From positions 67,105 to 131,104 of the forward strand of contig JBHLLG010000001.1 of NCBI GenBank assembly GCA_048885925.1: a stretch of DNA of 64,000 nucleotides, read 5' to 3'. This document shows, in pieces, positions 40,255-50,547 of this stretch. The notes beneath the pieces were generated by a model. That model was not told where the DNA came from, did not search any database, and saw only the letters and a program-made list of their open reading frames with translations. A program made the translations under genes and the position numbers. Source of the DNA: Candidatus Hermodarchaeota archaeon. GTDB lineage: Archaea; Asgardarchaeota; Lokiarchaeia; Sigyniarchaeales; SOKP01. The stretch's first letter is position 1. Each line of letters starts with the position of its first letter.

Positions 40255-41520
40255 TTACTTTCTATAATCAACTTGAGGAAGTTTGTTTATAGGGTAAGGT
40301 AAGTAAGCATCATCAGGAATAGGATCTATATAGATATTTCTAAACTCTTTATTTTGCATTCTACAGAAAGGACTCCTATGATTGAAGGCCGGGTGTTTCA
40401 CCATTCGCATCCATATCTTCTTTAAAGGTTCTTTACGTACATTCCCGAAAGAGAGAGGTGAAAAATCGCAAGGAGAAATATCCCCATAAGCAGAAGCGTA
40501 ATATTGAATATTTGCAGCAAGACATCCGATTCCTGAAAGATATGCTTCTACAGAATTCTGCCACGATTGAGATGAAAGAGGAGGTACAATCTTTTTCCTA
40601 AAAGCCTCAGCAGAATATTTATGAAGTTTTTCTCGTAATTTAAATGTTAACATCTCACTCGTATCATGCAGTAAGTGTCCAGTAGGTACACAATCGAAAT
40701 AGATTATATTTTTTAAACCAAGATCACTAGCTAATTTATGGAGCTTTTTATAATAGCCTTTTTCTGTTCCAGAACGAGTAGCATAACCAGAAAATCCTCC
40801 AAAGATCCCTTTTTCTTGTGCTCTCTTAACTCCTTCGATAGCAGTCTCAAAAAGACCAGGCATTCCTCTTAATTTGTTATGTTCTTCAGCATAAGGTGAA
40901 TCTATACTCAAAAATACCGAATAGAGTCCCGCTTCTGATAGTTTGTTTACATTTTCCTCCGTGAGGAATTGTCCATTTGTGAACATAACAGGTAATGCTT
41001 TTTTCTTATTTACATAAGAAACAAGCTCGAAAAGGTCTTCACGTAGTAGAGGTTCTCCTCCTGTAAATGCAATAATTGTTACTCCTAGTTTTTGAGCATC
41101 ATCAATTAACTTTTTTGCCTCATCTGTAGTTAATTCTATCTTATCCTTTTGAAGATGCCTTCCAGCACTGCAATGAACACATTTACACTGACATCTATAA
41201 GTTATAGCAAATGTCATTGCAATTGGGAGCGGATACGGCATCAGTTGAGACCTCACTAGACCTTTTAAAGCACGTATCATAGGTCTACTTCCAACTGGTG
41301 GAGCAAAAGTATTTGAAACGATTTTTCCTTTCCATCGTCCAACCTCCATATTTTTATAAAAATTAGACTGTAAGAGAATCATGAAAATTAGCCGGTAAAT
41401 ACTTAACCTATCAAGAATTGGATTGAGAATACCTGAACCTACAACTTGACCATTCTCAAGCTTTTTGTAACTTATGAGATTTCTCCCAAAGAGTTTTAAA
41501 AAAACTTGTTCAGTTTCCAT
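40255..41520 (-). CDS. Radical SAM/SPASM-domain protein
   Basis: CQCKCVHC (CxxxCxxC), FTGGEPLLR, GCLA..G.ISPC..GNV..C; ATG 41520. Confidence 0.9.
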   Translation of the reverse strand: METEQVFLKLFGRNLISYKKLENGQVVGSGILNPILDRLSIYRLIFMILLQSNFYKNMEVGRWKGKIVSNTFAPPVGSRPMIRALKGLVRSQLMPYPLPIAMTFAITYRCQCKCVHCSAGRHLQKDKIELTTDEAKKLIDDAQKLGVTIIAFTGGEPLLREDLFELVSYVNKKKALPVMFTNGQFLTEENVNKLSEAGLYSVFLSIDSPYAEEHNKLRGMPGLFETAIEGVKRAQEKGIFGGFSGYATRSGTEKGYYKKLHKLASDLGLKNIIYFDCVPTGHLLHDTSEMLTFKLREKLHKYSAEAFRKKIVPPLSSQSWQNSVEAYLSGIGCLAANIQYYASAYGDISPCDFSPLSFGNVRKEPLKKIWMRMVKHPAFNHRSPFCRMQNKEFRNIYIDPIPDDAYLPYPINKLPQVDYRK

Positions 41521-41825
41521 AGTTATTTTTTTCCAAAAAATTATTTTAATTAAAAATAAAAACAATTAATAAATAGGCTTTTAATTCATTTCTTATTTGA
41601 TTTTTTTTTGTTTAAAAACGTATTTATTTAATTAACTAATTTATAGATTAAGTTTAAAATTATTTAAGAATTGTGAAAAAAAATATCTAAGAATTTAGGT
41701 AAATTAAGATTTATATTTTCCAATTTCTCACAGAGATAAAAATTTAATAAAATATAATTAGGATTGTTAACTAATTCTTAAAAATAGATTATTTAAAAAA
41801 CCAAAAATTAATTGTTGATTTTATT

Positions 41826-42983
41826 ATGGATTTTTCCTTAACTGAAAAACAAAAAATGTTGAAAAAAATTACAAGAGATTTTGCTGAGGAATATATTGTA
41901 TCTGTAGCGAAGGAAAGTGATGATAAGCAAGAATTAGATCCAACTGCCTTCAAAAAAATGCAAGAAATGAATTATTTTGGTGCTTGTTTACCAGAAGAAT
42001 TTGGAGGAGCAGGGCTTCATAATGATACAATAGGATTTAGTATAGTTGTTGAAGAAATCTCGCGTGCAGATGCAGCCTGGGGAATCACCATTGCTGTTCA
42101 TAATGGCGTCGTAGCTTATCCGATTTATAAATTTGGGACTGAAGAGCAAAAGAAAAGTTATTTAGAAGATTTAGCAAGAGGTAACAAAGTTGGAGCTTTT
42201 TGTTTAACTGAACCAAATGCTGGTTCAGATGCGGGTGGAGTTCAATTAACCGCAATTAAAGATGGAGATGAATATATCTTAAACGGGACAAAAATCTTCG
42301 CAACATCAGGAGGTATAGCTAAAACACTGTTAGTTGTAGCGAAAACGGGAGAAAAAGAAAGTAGAAGAGAACTAACAGTGTTTATTGTAGATGGTAATAG
42401 CCCTGGATATTCAGTTGGAGTAAAAGAAGATAAGTTAGGTGTTAGAGCCTCAAATACTTCAGAACTTGTATTTGAAGATGTTCGAGTACCAGAAGAGAAC
42501 ATTTTGGGAGGGTCTGGAGAAGGTTTTAAAATGGCAATGAAAATTTTAGATTTCGGAAGAATAGGTATTGCTGCTCAATGTGTGGGTCTAGGACAAGCAG
42601 CATTAGAAGCTTCAGTTAAATATTCAAATGAAAGAGTACAGTTTGGACAACCTATAGGGAGGTTTCAGGGCGTACAATGGAAAATAGCTGATATGGCTTG
42701 TGCAGTAGAATCAGCTCGATTATTCACATATAAAGCAGCTTATTTACATGATAAGGGAGAAGATTTTGGAATGGCTAGCTCAATGGCAAAATTAGTTGCC
42801 TCCGAAGCTGCAATGCTGGCTGCCCATGGTGCTGTTCAAATCCATGGAGGATATGGTTTAATGAAAGCATATCCCGTAGAAAGATATTTCCGTGACGCTA
42901 AAATGGGTGAGATCTATGAAGGAACGAGTGAAATCCAAAGATTAGTAATTGCAGGTAACCTTTTACGAAAGGGAGTGCAATAA
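41826..42983 (+). CDS. Acyl-CoA dehydrogenase (butyryl-CoA dehydrogenase-like)
   Basis: FCLTEPNAGSD, KLGVRAS, R.QFG, QIHGGYG, EIYEGTSEIQR. Confidence 0.95.
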   Translation: MDFSLTEKQKMLKKITRDFAEEYIVSVAKESDDKQELDPTAFKKMQEMNYFGACLPEEFGGAGLHNDTIGFSIVVEEISRADAAWGITIAVHNGVVAYPIYKFGTEEQKKSYLEDLARGNKVGAFCLTEPNAGSDAGGVQLTAIKDGDEYILNGTKIFATSGGIAKTLLVVAKTGEKESRRELTVFIVDGNSPGYSVGVKEDKLGVRASNTSELVFEDVRVPEENILGGSGEGFKMAMKILDFGRIGIAAQCVGLGQAALEASVKYSNERVQFGQPIGRFQGVQWKIADMACAVESARLFTYKAAYLHDKGEDFGMASSMAKLVASEAAMLAAHGAVQIHGGYGLMKAYPVERYFRDAKMGEIYEGTSEIQRLVIAGNLLRKGVQ

Positions 42984-43132
42984 TGAGAAGACAATTAATA
43001 ATTATAAAATAATTGCATAATTTTCTAATTTTTAATTTTGTTATCGGAAAATTTATTTTTCTAGCATGTTTTATTCGTTTCAAAAGAGATTATTAAATTA
43101 TCGAGTTAAGCTAATGAGGTAGTAATTTCGGA

Positions 43133-43939
43133 TTGAAAATTTTTGTGTGTATTAAACAAGTACCAGGGGTTTCAGAGGTAAAAATTGACCCAAAGACAAA
43201 TACACTTGTAAGAGAAGGTGTTATGTCAATTGTTAATCCAAATGATCGAAATGCTATTGAATTAGCTTTAACGCTTAAAGAAAGTCAAGGAGCAGAAGTT
43301 ATAGCTTTAAGTATGGGACCTCCACAAGCAGAAGAAATATTACGACAAGCTCTAGCAATGGGAGTAGATAAAGCATTTTTATTAAGCGATAAAGCTTTTG
43401 CTGGGGCAGATACTTTAGCTACATCACATACTCTTGCTTTAGCAATTAAAAAAGTATTAAAAGAATCTAATTCTGAAGAGAAATATCTTATAATTTGCGG
43501 TACCCAAGCTATAGATGGAGATACAGGGCAAGTTCCTCCAGAATTAGCAGAAGAATTAGGAATTCCACAAATTACTTATGTTCAACAAATTGAATTAAGT
43601 AAAGATAGAATTATCGTAGAGAGAAAATTTAGAGCAACAGAGATAGTAATTATTGAAACGAAATTACCTGCATTAATTTCAGTTTTACCCGAAATAAATA
43701 AACCTAGATATCCAAGTGTGTCAGGAATTATGAGAGCTTATGAAAAAGCAAATGTGATATATTTAGATTCAAATACTTTAAATGCTGACAAATCAAAAAT
43801 AGGATTACACGGATCGATGACTGAAGTTAAGAAAATTTTTTTCCCTGAAAGAAAGGTAAATCCTATTATGTTAGAAGGGTCCAGTGAAGAAGTAGCTAAA
43901 AAATTATGTCAATATTTAAAAGAAGATAAAATTTTCTAA
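43133..43939 (+). CDS. etfB: Electron transfer flavoprotein beta subunit
   Basis: VCIKQVP, NPND, SMGPP, FAGADT, QAIDGDTGQV, PRYP. Confidence 0.95.
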   Translation: MKIFVCIKQVPGVSEVKIDPKTNTLVREGVMSIVNPNDRNAIELALTLKESQGAEVIALSMGPPQAEEILRQALAMGVDKAFLLSDKAFAGADTLATSHTLALAIKKVLKESNSEEKYLIICGTQAIDGDTGQVPPELAEELGIPQITYVQQIELSKDRIIVERKFRATEIVIIETKLPALISVLPEINKPRYPSVSGIMRAYEKANVIYLDSNTLNADKSKIGLHGSMTEVKKIFFPERKVNPIMLEGSSEEVAKKLCQYLKEDKIF

Positions 43940-43952
43940 GAGGACTATCTAT

Positions 43953-45152
43953 TTGAGCATTAAGATTGATGAAGATTCATGTACTGGTTGCGCTAGTTGT
44001 ATGGAAAGCTGCATGTTTGATGCTATTAAATTAGATAATAATATAGCAAAGGTTCTTCCAAGTTGTACTCTATGTGGAGCATGCATAGAAGCTTGTCCTG
44101 AAGAAGCGATTTCATTGGAACGGGATGATATTAAAGAACATAAAAGAGATATTTCTCAATTTAAAGGAGTCTGGGTAGTCGCAGAGCATTATAAAAATAA
44201 AATTCAAAACGTATCATTTCAACTACTTAGTAAAGGAAGAGAATTAGCAGATCTATTGCAAGTAAATTTATCTTTTATTATTCTAGGAGCAGATTTCGAT
44301 GATAAATTAAAAGAATTTAGCCAATACGGGATGGATGAGACCATCTACATTAAATCCCCGATTTTGAAAGATTATTATTCAGATTTATATACAAAAATAA
44401 TTACAGAATTAGTATTAGAAAATAAACCTGAAATTATATTAATTGGAGCGACCCCTACTGGAAGAGATTTTGCTCCAAGAGTGGCAAAAAGACTGAATGC
44501 AGGGTTAACAGCAGACTGTACAGGATTAGAGATAAATAATGAAACTAGAGATCTACTTCAGACTCGTCCAACATATGGTGGAACGATTATGGCAACTATT
44601 AGAACTCCTTCTAGTAGACCACAAATGGCAACTGTAAGAGCTGGTATTTTTAAAATGCCCGAGAAAGTAAAAAAGAATGTAGACATTAGGATACTTGATT
44701 ATGAGTTTAAAGAAAAAGATTCTGTCTCAAAAATTGTAAAAGTGATAAGCAAAACTAAGAATAGTGTAAATCTTGAGGATGCTAAAATTATTGTTGCGGG
44801 AGGTCGTGGTGTTGGTTCAAGAGAAAAATTTCGGATTATTGAAGAATTAGCTGAAGTATTAGAAGCTGAACTTGGAGGATCAAGAATAACTGTTGAATTA
44901 AATTGGTTGGATCCAGACCGACAAATAGGCCAAACGGGTAAAACTGTAGCTCCAAAATTATATATCGCATGTGGAATTTCAGGTGCGATTCAGCATATAG
45001 TTGGAATGCAAAATTCAGAAATTATAGTTGCAATTAATAAAGACCCGAATGCTCCAATCTTTAACTGGGCTCATTATGGTATTGTTGGAGATCTTCATGA
45101 AATAGTTCCAGAACTTATTCAAGAATTTAAAAAACTAAAATCTGAAGAATAG
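43953..45152 (+). CDS. etfA: Electron transfer flavoprotein alpha subunit with N-terminal 2x4Fe-4S ferredoxin
   Basis: CTGCASC..C, CTLCGAC..CP, GLTADCT, QIGQTGK, GISGAIQH, AINKD. Confidence 0.95.
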   Translation: MSIKIDEDSCTGCASCMESCMFDAIKLDNNIAKVLPSCTLCGACIEACPEEAISLERDDIKEHKRDISQFKGVWVVAEHYKNKIQNVSFQLLSKGRELADLLQVNLSFIILGADFDDKLKEFSQYGMDETIYIKSPILKDYYSDLYTKIITELVLENKPEIILIGATPTGRDFAPRVAKRLNAGLTADCTGLEINNETRDLLQTRPTYGGTIMATIRTPSSRPQMATVRAGIFKMPEKVKKNVDIRILDYEFKEKDSVSKIVKVISKTKNSVNLEDAKIIVAGGRGVGSREKFRIIEELAEVLEAELGGSRITVELNWLDPDRQIGQTGKTVAPKLYIACGISGAIQHIVGMQNSEIIVAINKDPNAPIFNWAHYGIVGDLHEIVPELIQEFKKLKSEE

Positions 45153-45890
45153 CTTGATAATGGGAAATTAATATAACTAATTTTTTACTTTTTTAACATT
45201 TAACCTAATTATTTTTAACTTAGAACATTAAAACTCCATGAGAGTGATAGGTTAAAAAAGATAAGGAGTAATGGAATGTTATTTTAGTATTATTCGTGGA
45301 GGAATAAATTATGGGCTAAAAACAAACATTCCACTACCAGAAAAAAAATAATTTTTTTTCCTAATATGCATCTAGTCACCCCTCCTAATAAATCTTATCT
45401 CAAATTTAATGAACGTTCTATTCTATTATTGCGTGAATTGTATTGCTATGGTATAATTATGCGTTTATAAATTTATTATTTCTCTCATACATCCTTATTT
45501 TAAAAATAAAAGTGAAAAGAATTCATAAACTTAATTTAAAAAAAAAAATTTTCTCTAATTTCATGTGAAAAAAATTAATTAGTTTAAAAACTATCATCCG
45601 AATTTTATAACAAAGTTTTGATCAACATACTTTTCATAAAAATGATTGTGGATTTTATTAAGATCTTAATAAGAGCAAAATATTAATATGAAGGTTGAGT
45701 TGTTAAATGCTTAAAGATTTAATACCCGTTTTATTACTTTATTTACATTTTATTATTAATGATTATTTAGAGAAAGGTATTTAAAATAATAGTATAAATG
45801 TTTGAAAATTTTTACTTTAAAATAGACAGTATATTATAAAGGCGATATTATTAAGAAATTAATTAAAAAAAAAAGATTAGTTATTTGAAT

Positions 45891-48800
45891 TTATGTAGGA
45901 CGTTTTGTTAAAATTTTACCTTTCTTCTTTAAAACATATATAACAACAACAGCTCCGGCCGCTGCTGGGATGCCAATTACTAAAGCAAGTACTAATGCGG
46001 GATCTAGTGGTGGAGTATATGATGCTTTCACATCACTAGTTGTCAATGGAACAGTATTATATTGACTTAGAGAGAGATAAAAAGTGACATTTTCTTCAGA
46101 TGACAATACTTCAAATAGTAATATAAAGGAATCAGAGAAAACTCCAAATTCAAAAGTTCTATTAGTATTAACAGTTGTTGCTATAGTATTCCATTCAGCA
46201 TTAGGTCCAGCATTACCAATCCAAGGAAGATCTTGAAGTATGTAAAGTTCGTAATCTCCTGTGCCTAAACCTTCTACGGTAGCAACTAATTGTGTCCATT
46301 GATAGGGTTCACCAGAACATTCAAGAACAAAATAACTTTCGCCACCACCATAGGGAAGAGTACTTTCAGTATGGTTATATGTTGTGGTTAAATTGTAAGT
46401 ATAAACCGTACCAGTAATATTAGAATATCCCGATAATGTATAGTTTGTAATATCTCGTGCATGAAGAATTGGAGTCTGGACTCCGATATCATAAGTTTCG
46501 TGGTGGGCGTAATCCCAATAATTTTCAACAGCTAATCGAACACTTACCACACCTGAGTATGTCCACATTTCAGGAATAATCAAGAGTTTATAAGTTCCAG
46601 CTTCAAAACCAATAGTCATTGGATCAGTACCCCTAATAATAGATGATACTCTACTATCATACTCAGGATAATAATCATCCAAACTGATTACTAAATTTGT
46701 AATATCAGCTGGTTGAGTTATACCAGATGGACCCCAATAATTATCAAATTCATATCCAGATTCTCCAATAAGGAAATATTGTAAGTTTCCCTTAACTGTA
46801 GCATTTAATAACGTTAGTTCTTGTAATACAGGTACAGTTGCATAATTTCCAGTGCAATCTAGTCTCATCCAGAAATAATCTGTTTCTGTTATATTTGGAT
46901 CTATATCTAGACCTCCAGTTCCCCTTATCCATTGATTAAAATCGACATCTCCTAAATTAAATTCAATTGTACCATCTGCTGTAAGTTCGCTTGTACCATC
47001 GTTAGTTTCTGATAATACTGCCCATCCTCCATCGTATATGTAACAAGCCATAGTTCCACCAGCTCCGAGAACTGAAAAATCGAATGTCATACCAGTCCAT
47101 ATAGTTGGGGCTCCTATATAAAAGAAATCGCTTGTTGTAGAATCACCATCTAATGAAAAAACAGGTTGAGGGTAACCAAAACTATAATATTCTGAATCTG
47201 TTCCATTATATGTATAGAGATATGTAGGAGAGATTGTAGCAGTTGCTCCAGAATTATTTGCGAGTAACATGGTGGTATTTAATCTAAATTGGCCAATATC
47301 TGGAATTTCTATGTTAAGTCCTATGGGATCTTTTAGACCACCGAATTCAGAATCAGGTTGTAAATTAATAGTGGCAAATTCTGAGGGATAATCTGAAGGA
47401 TAGGTCATTGTATTAATCGGTATTGAATCTTCAGATAAATCATATACTTGCGAACTGATTTTAAAAAGTCCATTTGCTGATGGATTCATGTTTATGATGA
47501 AAGCTTTATATGTTCCTGCAGGCATGTAATGCCAATAGAAATTTGTTGAATCTACAGTTCTTGTCAAGATGGCAATATTAAGAGCACCATATGTAATTTC
47601 TTTTGAATCTCTATAAATAAAACCAATTAAAGCTGGCGCTCCAAGAGGGCTAGGCAAACTAGTATAATTAAAACGTACAATCGAATCTTCTTTAACTGAA
47701 AACTGTACTGTTGTTGGTTCATCCATATAAATACTAAATGTTGTGGTATCGCCTAATTCATATTTATAATTATTAGCCTTTCTTAAGAGTAATGAATATC
47801 TATACCAATCTTCAAACACGACGTCTGTAAAGGAAACATAAGCAGCACCAGTTTTAGGAAAATATACCACACGAGATCCTTCACCAACATCATGATCAAG
47901 AAGGTAACCATTTGCGCCTGGAACCCAGATGTCTATTGTTGGAAGAGATCCCGTTGAAAAATCTTCAAAAATATCTAATACAAATAATTCTCCTTTTTTC
48001 CCTGTAATTTTAAACCAATTTGATTGCCACATAGCAGTTTTAGATATATCAAGAGTTGCAAAATCATCAAAATTTGCTGCAAATTTTGCTGTATTTAAAG
48101 GTAAGGAAGAAATATCAATGTCTAAAAATTCTAAGTTTAAAGAGGCGGGATCAGAAGCACTTGTTACTTCGATAATTAGGCGATAAGCACCTACTTCACT
48201 TGCGGAAAAAATCAGATATTCATAAAGTACATTAATTCCCATAAAATTTGCGTCTTCAATATAATAATGCATGCCATCCTCAAGAAGCTTTCCTGAAGGA
48301 GATGCTAATAAATAATCATAATTAACAAAACCAGGTGTTAACCAATCTATTTTTAAGACCTTTGGACCTGTGCTTTTAACAATTAGATCAATCTGCATAG
48401 GCTGATCAAAATTGAACGGTTTAGTAAAAACTCCACCTTCTCCCATTGCATAATAATCAAAGACAGTACTTACAGTAAAAGGTGATAGAATCTCAGCTTC
48501 AGCGTTATAAGCAGAAATATTTAACCATCTAACTTCATTCCAAGGGTCAATATCATCAGTAGATGACTCACTCTCTGTCAAATAACCATCTAAATCTGTT
48601 GGATAATATAAAGAAATATCTTCACCAGGAAAACTAACTATTTCTTCTGCGACAGTACTAGTTCCTAACCAATTGGTTACTGTGAATTTACCTTGATTTG
48701 TTCCATCAACATATAAAGCACCCTTTGTATTAGGAGATGGAATTATTGCTCCATAACCTTCAGGACCTAGAGGATCTTCTTTATTAAGATTAAAAACAGC

Positions 48801-48914
48801 ATCTTCTTCTATAGCTGTTGCTAATCCGTTAGTTAGAGTAAAAGTATTTAGTAAAAAGAAGAAAGATATCGCTAAAATTACGACTAACTTTCTGTTTTTC
48901 ATCAACGATTTCAT
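45891..48914 (-). CDS. Large secreted, membrane-anchored cell-surface (S-layer-like) glycoprotein
   Basis: Signal peptide, beta-rich acidic body, many NxS/T sequons, C-terminal TM followed by KKKGK. Confidence 0.75.
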   Translation of the reverse strand: MKSLMKNRKLVVILAISFFFLLNTFTLTNGLATAIEEDAVFNLNKEDPLGPEGYGAIIPSPNTKGALYVDGTNQGKFTVTNWLGTSTVAEEIVSFPGEDISLYYPTDLDGYLTESESSTDDIDPWNEVRWLNISAYNAEAEILSPFTVSTVFDYYAMGEGGVFTKPFNFDQPMQIDLIVKSTGPKVLKIDWLTPGFVNYDYLLASPSGKLLEDGMHYYIEDANFMGINVLYEYLIFSASEVGAYRLIIEVTSASDPASLNLEFLDIDISSLPLNTAKFAANFDDFATLDISKTAMWQSNWFKITGKKGELFVLDIFEDFSTGSLPTIDIWVPGANGYLLDHDVGEGSRVVYFPKTGAAYVSFTDVVFEDWYRYSLLLRKANNYKYELGDTTTFSIYMDEPTTVQFSVKEDSIVRFNYTSLPSPLGAPALIGFIYRDSKEITYGALNIAILTRTVDSTNFYWHYMPAGTYKAFIINMNPSANGLFKISSQVYDLSEDSIPINTMTYPSDYPSEFATINLQPDSEFGGLKDPIGLNIEIPDIGQFRLNTTMLLANNSGATATISPTYLYTYNGTDSEYYSFGYPQPVFSLDGDSTTSDFFYIGAPTIWTGMTFDFSVLGAGGTMACYIYDGGWAVLSETNDGTSELTADGTIEFNLGDVDFNQWIRGTGGLDIDPNITETDYFWMRLDCTGNYATVPVLQELTLLNATVKGNLQYFLIGESGYEFDNYWGPSGITQPADITNLVISLDDYYPEYDSRVSSIIRGTDPMTIGFEAGTYKLLIIPEMWTYSGVVSVRLAVENYWDYAHHETYDIGVQTPILHARDITNYTLSGYSNITGTVYTYNLTTTYNHTESTLPYGGGESYFVLECSGEPYQWTQLVATVEGLGTGDYELYILQDLPWIGNAGPNAEWNTIATTVNTNRTFEFGVFSDSFILLFEVLSSEENVTFYLSLSQYNTVPLTTSDVKASYTPPLDPALVLALVIGIPAAAGAVVVIYVLKKKGKILTKRPT

Positions 48915-49167
48915 ATTTAATCGTATATTTTTTTTTAGATTGATCAAAAAAAATTGATCTGTAAGCTAATAATGAGTAATTTATATATTTAAATCAACGT
49001 GTACAAATATCCGTATATTAATAATCGTTTATCCTAAACAATTGCAGAATAGAAAATTTAAAAATATCATCGATCAATAATATCACTTAAATTTATTAAT
49101 TAAATGAACTGTTGTTATATTATCAAATCTGTTTGAAATCTATTTAAAAAAAGTGATATGATTTATA

Positions 49168-49686
49168 ATGTCAAGTAAGGAATCAGAAAAAAAACATTAT
49201 GTACCATTTATTGGGCGTCTTGAAGATTATGTTGGTCGATCACCTTTGGATTTCTATAGTTGGGGCCACATTGCCTTTGGAATTGCTGCTTTCTCTATTT
49301 TTTCATTAATTATAACTCTCTGGGAACTTTTTATTGGACCTGCTACTATGCCATGGTTTTATATTTTGATTTTTGTTCTCGTTGTTGGTGTTGGATGGGA
49401 ACTAATTGAAAATACCATTATTTGGAAGTTAGGATTAAAATATGAAAATAGGAAGGATTCTCTTATTAATGCATTATTCGATATTATCTTCGTTGTTGGG
49501 GGTGGTTCGGCAACATGGCTAATGAAATGGATAATTATGGATGTTATGGGTCATCTTGGTAGATGGTTTTATTTATCAGCATTAATTCTATTTTGTCTTG
49601 TTTTAATCGCTTATTTAATTGGATTCTATATTACAAATGAAAACACAAAAAAAGCAAGAAAAGAGCTTGGTAGTGTTATTAGTTAG
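49168..49686 (+). CDS. Hypothetical membrane protein
   Basis: About 4 TM; D..SWGH..FG, WELIEN, DS..N..D motif resembling membrane metal-binding DUF families. Confidence 0.75.
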   Translation: MSSKESEKKHYVPFIGRLEDYVGRSPLDFYSWGHIAFGIAAFSIFSLIITLWELFIGPATMPWFYILIFVLVVGVGWELIENTIIWKLGLKYENRKDSLINALFDIIFVVGGGSATWLMKWIIMDVMGHLGRWFYLSALILFCLVLIAYLIGFYITNENTKKARKELGSVIS

Positions 49687-49730
49687 AATTTATTAAGAAA
49701 TCTTAAACTTCTAATTTTTTTTATCATTTA

Positions 49731-50522
49731 TCAATTACTCTTTAAATCATAACTTTCTAATGCAAATAAAGCAGCTCCTATCGCTCCGATTAGTTGTGGA
49801 TAAGGTGGTATTAAAATTTCTCCATTAATTTCCTTTTGTAAAATTTCACTAATAATACTATTATAAGCAATAAGTCCTCCCGTTAAAACAATTGTACCAT
49901 CTAATTCTGTCATTTCGATTATTCTCTTTATAACAGACCCAAAAGCACTCTTTATTAAATCTTCAACTTTTTCTCCCTCTTTTATTCGAGTAAGAATTTC
50001 AGTTTTAGCAAAAACAGTACAAAAGCTTGCAAGAGGAATATTTGAAGTGGATCTAGCTGCTAAAGTATTTAGTTCTAAAAGTGGGATATCTAGTTTATAT
50101 GCAATTTCCTCGATAAAGGCACCTGTACCCGCAGCACATTTTCTATTCATTTTAAACCGAATAATTTTGCCAGCTTCATCCAGCTTAATAACCTTTGTAT
50201 CTTGTCCTCCAATATCGATAACTGTAATTTTCTTTGGAAAGAAATGATATGCACCTTTAGCATGACAGCTAATTTCAGTTTTATCCATATCAGCAAAATT
50301 TACTTTATTCTTTCCATACCCCGTAGCTGTAATATGCTTTATATCAGTCTGCGGTATTGATGCATCTAATAGTACTTTTTCAAAAACAGTTTTACTTGAA
50401 TCCTCAATAGAAACTCCAGTACGCTTAACAAATGAACTAATTATCTCCATTGTATCGTTAATAAGAACTGATTTTACATAGGAAGTACCAACATCAATCC
50501 CAACAAAATATAAATTAGCCAT
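49731..50522 (-). CDS. 2-hydroxyacyl-CoA dehydratase activase (HgdC/BadF-G/BcrAD ATPase)
   Basis: GIDVGT, TGYG, EISCHA.G, DIGGQD.K, MNRKCAAGTG, CTVFA. Confidence 0.93.
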   Translation of the reverse strand: MANLYFVGIDVGTSYVKSVLINDTMEIISSFVKRTGVSIEDSSKTVFEKVLLDASIPQTDIKHITATGYGKNKVNFADMDKTEISCHAKGAYHFFPKKITVIDIGGQDTKVIKLDEAGKIIRFKMNRKCAAGTGAFIEEIAYKLDIPLLELNTLAARSTSNIPLASFCTVFAKTEILTRIKEGEKVEDLIKSAFGSVIKRIIEMTELDGTIVLTGGLIAYNSIISEILQKEINGEILIPPYPQLIGAIGAALFALESYDLKSN

Positions 50523-50547
50523 AATTGAATAGAAATCTTAACCTAAA

